Source of the DNA: Mayamaea pseudoterrestris
Taxonomy: Eukaryota
Reading direction: 5' to 3'
Length of the DNA: 64,000 nt
Assembly: GCA_027923505.1 (NCBI GenBank)
Contig: BROI01000015.1
Coordinates: forward strand, 1-64,000
The notes beneath the pieces were generated by a model. That model did not search any database and was not told the origin of the DNA. It worked only from the letters and a program-made list of their open reading frames with translations. Both the position numbers and the translations under genes were made by a program. This document shows positions 56,991 through 64,000 of this stretch, piece after piece; position 1 is the first letter of the stretch; each line of letters opens with the position of its first letter.

Positions 56991-58403
56991 TTACAGCCAT
57001 CCGTCAAACGATGAATCTTGACTGCGTCGTTGCCATTTTATCGCATTCAATGTGCTTGCGATGCCAATGAACGAAACAGCAGCAACAAGGTCTGGCTCGA
57101 AAGGTACAGGCAGCCATGTCTCCCCATATTTGATAGCATATGAAGCAAATGCACACCCAAGAAACAGTTTTAGTAAAAAAGTGTAGAGACTTCCGAATGC
57201 TGCCACTCCTTCGAGCATGGGCGTGATTCTTGAAACGAAAGCGACAGTTTCGCTTGATGGGGCTTCAATCCTTGGTGTTGCCGGCAGAGGCTCTTCATCT
57301 TCTTCCTTCATTGTAAACCGTAAGGTGGGCTCCCATCCATTGGATTTGGCAATTCTCCAGGCGGCAAATGCTGCCGTCGTATTACCCAAACAGGTCAAGA
57401 GCGCCTGCAGCGGCACCAAGACTGGAAGTTGATTGTAGAAAAAATGATAGGTACAGGCTGTAAGGCCCGATGAATGAAGCGGCAATAGGCCCCATACAAG
57501 TCCTTTCCATTTTGTATTGCGAGTTGACTCGCTCCACAACCAGCAGTAGTCCATAATGGCCAAGAATTCGACGAGACTGGAAATGTGAATGATCCAGCAT
57601 CCAACCGAGAGCGCATTGATAGGTTGAGACCGGCCTTCCAACAAATTTGATAGAGACACGGGCAAGTCCAAAAATCCTCCAAGGTAGAGATCATGAACCG
57701 ACATGTCCGCGAATGCAGCAGGAATAACGGCAGTTACCCCAGCTGCCGCCGTCCAAATTGCCATGAGCCAGGTCATGGGCGCGTAATTCGTCATGCTCGA
57801 GGGTAATTGACGCGACTCATTATCTTCAATAAGGTCGTCATCATGCGGTAGTAATGGTGTCGCAGCAAGTGCTTGTCTAAATGCCACAACGGTGACCAGA
57901 TTTGTTCCAGTCAACAAGCTTTCGGCGCTCGCGTGCAACCAATCGCAATCAGCGAGAGAAACGCCGTACCAAACCTTGGCGGCAATGGCTGCAGGAATCG
58001 TCAAAAAGACGAAGAGTAGCAATGCAACGAACCCTACCGTCACACCTTTTGGTGTCTTGTTTTCTTTGCAATTCAAAAAGTAAAGAAAGGCGACGTAGGG
58101 AAATAACGAGAGTCCAAAGAATGGGCCAGCCAAAGCTTCCGCCGATCCATAATCCATCAAGCTCAATCGGGAAAGAATATCTGAGTCGTCAGCTAGCAAA
58201 TCATTTGTCAACAAGTTTAAACTGTCATGTGATTGCAGGATTGAAATGGCCGAGGAACCGAAATGTGCGAATTGTGGTGGAAGGACGCTCCTCGTCGAAA
58301 TCGGATTCGCATCGAATGAACGACGTCGTGACGGGAGAAATGCCGCCAATGTCGTGCATTGAAATGCAAATAAACACAAGAAGAAACAACTATTTGTCTT
58401 CAT
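56991..58403 (-). CDS. DUF3593 plus DUF2499 (Ycf49-like) membrane protein, probably plastid-targeted
   Basis: Signal peptide ending LAA-F; FGLSLFPYVAFLYFL...LADCDWLHASAESLL and NALSVGCWIIHISSLVEF...ACTYHFFYN...LQALLTCLGN. Confidence 0.8.
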   Translation of the reverse strand: MKTNSCFFLCLFAFQCTTLAAFLPSRRRSFDANPISTRSVLPPQFAHFGSSAISILQSHDSLNLLTNDLLADDSDILSRLSLMDYGSAEALAGPFFGLSLFPYVAFLYFLNCKENKTPKGVTVGFVALLLFVFLTIPAAIAAKVWYGVSLADCDWLHASAESLLTGTNLVTVVAFRQALAATPLLPHDDDLIEDNESRQLPSSMTNYAPMTWLMAIWTAAAGVTAVIPAAFADMSVHDLYLGGFLDLPVSLSNLLEGRSQPINALSVGCWIIHISSLVEFLAIMDYCWLWSESTRNTKWKGLVWGLLPLHSSGLTACTYHFFYNQLPVLVPLQALLTCLGNTTAAFAAWRIAKSNGWEPTLRFTMKEEDEEPLPATPRIEAPSSETVAFVSRITPMLEGVAAFGSLYTFLLKLFLGCAFASYAIKYGETWLPVPFEPDLVAAVSFIGIASTLNAIKWQRRSQDSSFDGWL

Positions 58404-58802
58404 AGTTGCCAGTGAGGCAGCTTGGAGGTCCCGCCGCACAATTATAAGTTTGATATCGGTAAAAGATTTAAGTCCAAGTAGTGGAAATGGATTTATCGCT
58501 TCATCATCGGCGAGGTGCGTAGAGTCGGACCGGTAGTCTTTAACTCACTGTACGACGTACTGTACAATATACTATGATACGCGTACCTGTACGTATATCA
58601 TCTGGTTGCTTGCTACCGCTTTATAACTAATCGTGGCGCTACAGTACCGATATACCTGGCGTTGACAAGGCTTCAAGAAAGGTCCTGGTGTTTAACATAG
58701 AAAGTGTCGCTGCAAGTTGTACCTGTGGGACTAACTAAACTGCCAAAACAACGCGCAGAAGCTATTATCTGTTCTATTTCAGAGTCCTAGACAGCATCGT
58801 GT

Positions 58803-59769
58803 TTATTCGGTGAGCCCATCAACGATATGTGTATTTTCTAATTCTACTAATTTGCCAATACTCTCCAATAAAATCTGTCTCGCCAAAAGGAGGTTGAAGC
58901 TCATTCGCTTCTTTGCCATCGACGATACTGCATAGGACAAGGCCCTAGAGGTGCGCAACGGCAAGTTGCCATCCGTCTCAGTTATAGCCTTCGTTTGTCT
59001 TTTAGTAACCTTTTTGTTGGACGGGGCGGAGGCTGTTGTATAATTATCTACACCGACGTAACGCCGATGAAACACGTAGCCAACTGTTTCATTGTCGTCG
59101 CTGGCAATATCCACGCCAACCGAAGGCAACGTACGTTTGTGTCGCTTTCTTGCTCGCGAAACACCCTTTAAATTCTTAGTTCCTTCTGCCAACGACTCGT
59201 CCAAAAATCGATCGAATGGTGTGTACAGCTGGCCGGCCCACCGCAAGGTGAGATGATCTGGAAAGCGTCCTCCACAAAGTAAACATCGATCAGGATTGTA
59301 GAGGCAGGATGGATACAGCAGTTGTAGTAACGAACCTGGTTCGATTCGTACGAACTTAAAAGGAAAGTGAAAACACTAGAGGGTAAGTGAATAAGGATGC
59401 GAAAAGATTCAGCAGAACAAGAAGATTCATTTCATTCGTTATTGTCGTTATCTTCCTCAAGCTCACCTTTGTGCCTCCTTTCCCTTCGTAAATACAATCT
59501 CTCATCAGATGTCGACACCACTTTTGAAAAAGCGCTGAAGGAGCATCCCATAGGTAAACATTACACGCCACTCGTCGATGGAATGAGGAGGTAGGGTGGG
59601 TGCCGATCTGTGCCATTGTATCGTCGCTGCCTGCCGCTGAATGAGTAGATCTTTGTCGTCTCACACCATCTTTAATATTCAAGACCGTTAATTTAGAGGC
59701 TTCCGTCGCCATAACTAAGGACATGAATGCTGCTACGAGTGGAGCAGCAATTCGCAGAAGCTGTCTCAT
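58803..59769 (-). CDS. Hypothetical protein with signal peptide, 2 exons (intron 59355-59466)
   Basis: Donor AG/GTGAG and acceptor TTTTAAG join ORFs 59356-59769 and 58803-59246 into one open frame of about 284 aa. Confidence 0.55.
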
Positions 59770-59942
59770 AATCTAGAACTTGATGGTTGACATGGATCGA
59801 GACTCGAGACGAACAGTAAAAATGAGTCGAGAAAGTGGAGGAAACGGATGTCGCAGCGAAACCAAAGGTAACGATGCGACGGCAAAAAACCAGGGTAGTC
59901 GTACATAGCGCAGCCTAAATATATCGATGTTGACATATTCTT

Positions 59943-60784
59943 TGTTATTTGGGCACTTGCATGGCTTGATATATAAGCATTTGATTGTCATGGCATCTTC
60001 TGGCTGAGACTGGTGAGAAACATTGCAGTCTATTGAGACACCAGCCCGGCATACCATCTTGTAGCGCAGCCTGACTAATGATGCTGGCACCATTCTTGTG
60101 TAATTTGGGCACATACATGGCTTGGCGTATGGGCCACTTGAATGTCAAGACATCTGCAGGCCAAGACTGGTTACAAATTCTTACCAGTCAAGCATTGCAG
60201 TCTACTGAGACTCCAGCCAGGCACATCATCTTGTAGTGCAGGCTGGAAATGATGCTGGCAAGATTCTGGTGTATTTTATGGGCATACATGGCTTGATATA
60301 TCTGAATTTAAATGTCAAGGGATCTATGGGCTGAGACTGGTGAGAACTTCTCACCAGTCACATTACAGCCTACTGAGATGCCAACAGGGCATACAATCTT
60401 GTAGCACAGCCTGAATAATGATGTTGGCACCATCCTTGTGTGATTTTGGGTGTATATGTGGCATGTTATATGGGCAATTAAATGGCAAGGCAACTGCAGG
60501 CTGAGACTGGCAAGAAGTTCTCACCAGCCCCATTGCAGTCTACGGAGACAGTAGCCATGCACATATCATCTTGTAGTGCAGCCTAAATCATGATGGTGGC
60601 ACCTTCCTTGTGTGATTTGATTGTATAAATGACATGATTTAGGGACAATTGAATGTCAAGGCAACTGCAAGCAGAGACTGGTGAGAAGTTCTCACAAGTC
60701 ACATTGCAGTCTACTGAGACACCAGCCAAGCATACCATCTTGTAGTGCAGCCTGAAAAATGTTGTTGACACTATTTGGTGTAAT
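59943..60784 (-). repeat. About 5 degenerate copies of the 169-bp satellite in reverse orientation
   Basis: Reverse-complement motifs CCATCTTGTAGYGCAGCCTG and GGCTGAGACTGG recur about every 170 bp. Confidence 0.9.
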
Positions 60785-63700
60785 GTATTTGGTAACAACT
60801 TGTCACCAGTCTCAGCTCGCAGATGTTGTGACACTCAAACGCCCCTACAGCAAGCCCTGTAGGTGCCCAAAATATACCAGAATGGTGCTAACATCATTAC
60901 TCAGGCAGCACTACAAGATGGTAGGCTTGACTGGTGTCTCAGGGGTTGGCAATGTATTTGGTGACAACTTGTCATTAGTCCCAGCCCCCAGATGCCGTGA
61001 CATTCAAATGCCCATACAGCAAGCCCTGTAGTTGCCCAAAATCACACCAGAATGGTGCCAACATCATTATTCAGGCTGCGCTACAAGATGGTAGGCTTGG
61101 CTGGTGTCTCAGGGGATGGCAATGTATTTGGTGACAACTTGTCACCAATCTCAGCCTGCAAATGCCGTGACATTCAAACGCACCTACAGCAAGCCCTGTA
61201 GGTGCCCTAATTACACCAGAATGGTGCCAACATCATTATTCAGGCTGCGCTACAAGATGGTAGGCTTGGCGGGTGTCTCAGGGAATGGCAAGGTATTTGG
61301 TGACAACTTGTCACCAGTCTCAGCCAACAGATGCCGTGACATTCAAACGCCCCTACAGCAGGCCCTGTAGGTGCCCAAATTACACCAGAATGGTGCCAAC
61401 ATCATTATTCAGGCTACGCTACAAGATGGTATGCCTGGCTGGTGTCTCAGGGGTTGGCAATGTATTTAGTAAAAACTTGTCACCAGTCTCAGCCAACAGA
61501 TGCCGTGACATTCAAACGCACCTACAGCAAGCCCTGTAGGTGCCCACATAACACCAGAATGGTGCCAACATCATTATTCAGGCTGCGCTACAAGATGGTA
61601 GGCTTGGCTGGTGTCTCAGGGGATGGCAATGTATTTGGTGACAACTTGTCACCAATCTCAGCCTGCAAATGCCGTGACATTCAAACGCACCTACAGCAAG
61701 CCCTGTAGGTGCCCTAATTACACCAGAATAGTGCCAACATCATTATTCAGGCTGCGCTACAAGATGGTAGGCTTGGCGGGTGTCTCAGGGAATGGCAAGG
61801 TATTTGGTGACAACTTGTCACCAGTCTCAGCCAACAGATGCCGTGACATTCAAACGCCCCTACAGCAGGCCCTGTAGGTGCCCAAATTACACCAGAATGG
61901 TGCCAACATCATTATTCAGGCTACGCTGCAAGATGGTATGCCTGGCTGGTGTCTCAGGGGTTGGCAATGTATTTGGTAAAAACTTGTCACCAGTCTCAGC
62001 CAACAGATGCCGTGACATTCAAACGCACCTACAGCAAGCCCTGTAGGTTCCCACATAACACCAGAATAATGCCAACATCATTATTCAGGCTGCGCGACAA
62101 GATGGTGGGCTTAGCTGTTGTCTCAGGGAATGGCAATGTATTTGGTAAAAACTTGTCACCAGTCTCAGCCAACAGATGCCGTGACATTCAAACGCACCTA
62201 CAGCAAGCCCTGTAGGTGCCCAAATAACACCAAAAATGGTGGCAACATCATTATTTAGGCTGCGCTACAAGATGTTAGGCTAAGTTGCTGTCTCAGGGGA
62301 TGGCAATGTATTTGGTGACAACTTGTCACCAGTCTCAGCCAACAGATGCCATGACATTCAAATGCACCTACAGCAAGCCCTTTAGGTGCCCAAATTACAA
62401 CAGAAATGGTAACAGCATCATTATTCAGGCTGCACTACAAGATGGTAGGCTTGGCTGGTGTTTCAGGGAATGCCAATGTAATTGGTGACAACTTGTCACC
62501 AGTCTCAGCCAACAGATGCCATGACATTTAAATGCACCTACAGCAAGCCTTGAAGGTGCCCACATTACACCAAAATGGTGCCAACATCATTATTCTGGCT
62601 GCGCTACAAGATGGTAGGCTTGGTGGGTGTCTCAGGGAATAACAATGTATTTGGTGACATCTTGTCACCAGTCTCAGCCTGCAGATGCCGTGACATTCAA
62701 ACGCACCTACAGTAGGCCAAGTATATACCCAAATCACACCAGAAATGGTGCCAGCATCATTATTCAGGCTGCGCTACAAGATGGTAGGCTTGGTGGGTGT
62801 CTCAGGGGATGGCAATGTAATTGGTTACAACTTGTCACCAGTCTCAGCCAACAGATGCCGTGACATTCAATCACACCTACAGCAAGCCCTGCAGGTGCCC
62901 ACATTACACCAGAATGGTGCCAACATCATTATTTTTAAGGCTGCGCTACAAGATGGTGGGCTTAGCTGTTGTCTCAGGAAATGGCAATGTATTTGGTGAC
63001 AACTTGTCACTAATCTCAGCCTGCGGATGCTGTGACATTCAAACGCACCTACAGTAGGCCAAGTTTATACCTAAATTACACCAGAAATGGTGGCAACATC
63101 ATTATTTAGGCTGCGCTACAAGATGGTAGGCTTAGCTGTTGTCTCAGTGAATGGCAATGTATATGGTGACAACTTGTCACCAATCTCAGCCTGCGGATGC
63201 CGTGACATTCAAACACACCTACAGAAGGCCATGTATATACCCACATTGCACCAGAATGGTGCCAACATCATTATTCAGGCTGCGCTACAAGATGGTAGGC
63301 TTAGCTGTTGTCTCAGAGAATGGCAATGTATTTGGTGACAACTTGTCACCAGTCTCAGCCCCCAGATGCTGTGACATTCAAACGCCCCTACAGCAAGCCC
63401 TGTAAGTGCCCAAATTACACCAGAATGGTGCCAACATCATTATTCAGGCTGCGCTACAAGATGGTAGGCTTGGCTGGTGTCTCAGGGGATGGCAATGTAT
63501 TTGGTGACAACTTGTCACCAGTCTCAGCCTGCAAATGCCATGACATTCAAACGCACCTACAGCAAGCCCTGTAGGTGCCCAAATAACACCAGAATGGTGC
63601 CAACATCATTATTCAGGCTGCGCTACAAGATGGTAGGCTTGGCTGGTGTCTCAGGGGATGGCAATGTATTTGGTGACAACTTGTCACCAATCTCAGCCAG

Positions 63701-64000
63701 CAGATGCTGTGACATTCAAACGCCCCTACAGCAAGCCCTGTAGGTGCCCAAATTACACCAGAATGGTGCCAACATCATTATTCAGGCTGCGCTACAAGAT
63801 GGTAGGCTTGGCTGGTGTCTCAGGGGTTGGCAATGTATTTGGTGACAACTTGTCACCAGTCTCAGCCCGCAGATGCCGTGACATTCAAACGCCCCTACAG
63901 CAGGCCCTGTAGGTGCCCAAATTACACCAGAATGGTGCCAACATCATTATTCAGGCTGCGCTACAAGATGGTATGCCTGGCTGGTGTCTCAGGGGTTGGC
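60782..64000 (+). repeat. 169-bp tandem satellite array (about 19 monomers, runs off the window end)
   Basis: Same motifs every 169 bp (e.g. ORF starts 61104, 61273, 61442, 61611, 61780, 61949); no unique spacers. Confidence 0.97.

Noticed and set aside
60782..64000. CRISPR array or tandem 88-aa genes
   Set aside because: Whole 169-bp units repeat with no unique spacers and no cas genes. The unit is not a multiple of 3, and the ORFs are by-products of periodicity.

Overview
Eukaryotic, gene-dense DNA with short GT-AG introns, plastid-targeting presequences and diatom-type (CoDi-like) Ty1/copia elements, so most likely a diatom. 1-15.2 kb is a nest of three minus-strand copia elements (A, B, C) plus a 676-bp non-coding LTR element (TRIM) whose identical LTRs each carry an anticodon-less tRNA mimic. 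16.4-35 kb holds ordinary genes (ATG16, two head-to-head bestrophins, eIF3m, MBOAT, ZUFSP-like, GT60 GlcNAc-transferase, Cwc21, AP-2 mu). 35-44.7 kb is a rearranged block: decayed genes plus an intact copia (D), bracketed by a 364-bp duplication. 44.7-59.8 kb holds UTP20, a START protein, CSN4 and others, and 59.9-64 kb is a 169-bp satellite with an inversion. The main signal is unconventional reverse-transcription priming. The TRIM appears to encode its own tRNA-like primer. Copia A and D have a PBS complementary to their own LTR (Tf1-like self-priming). Copia C has a PBS matching the D-arm of initiator tRNA. A and C also have gag and pol separated by one in-frame UGA. All calls are by eye; no database search was run.
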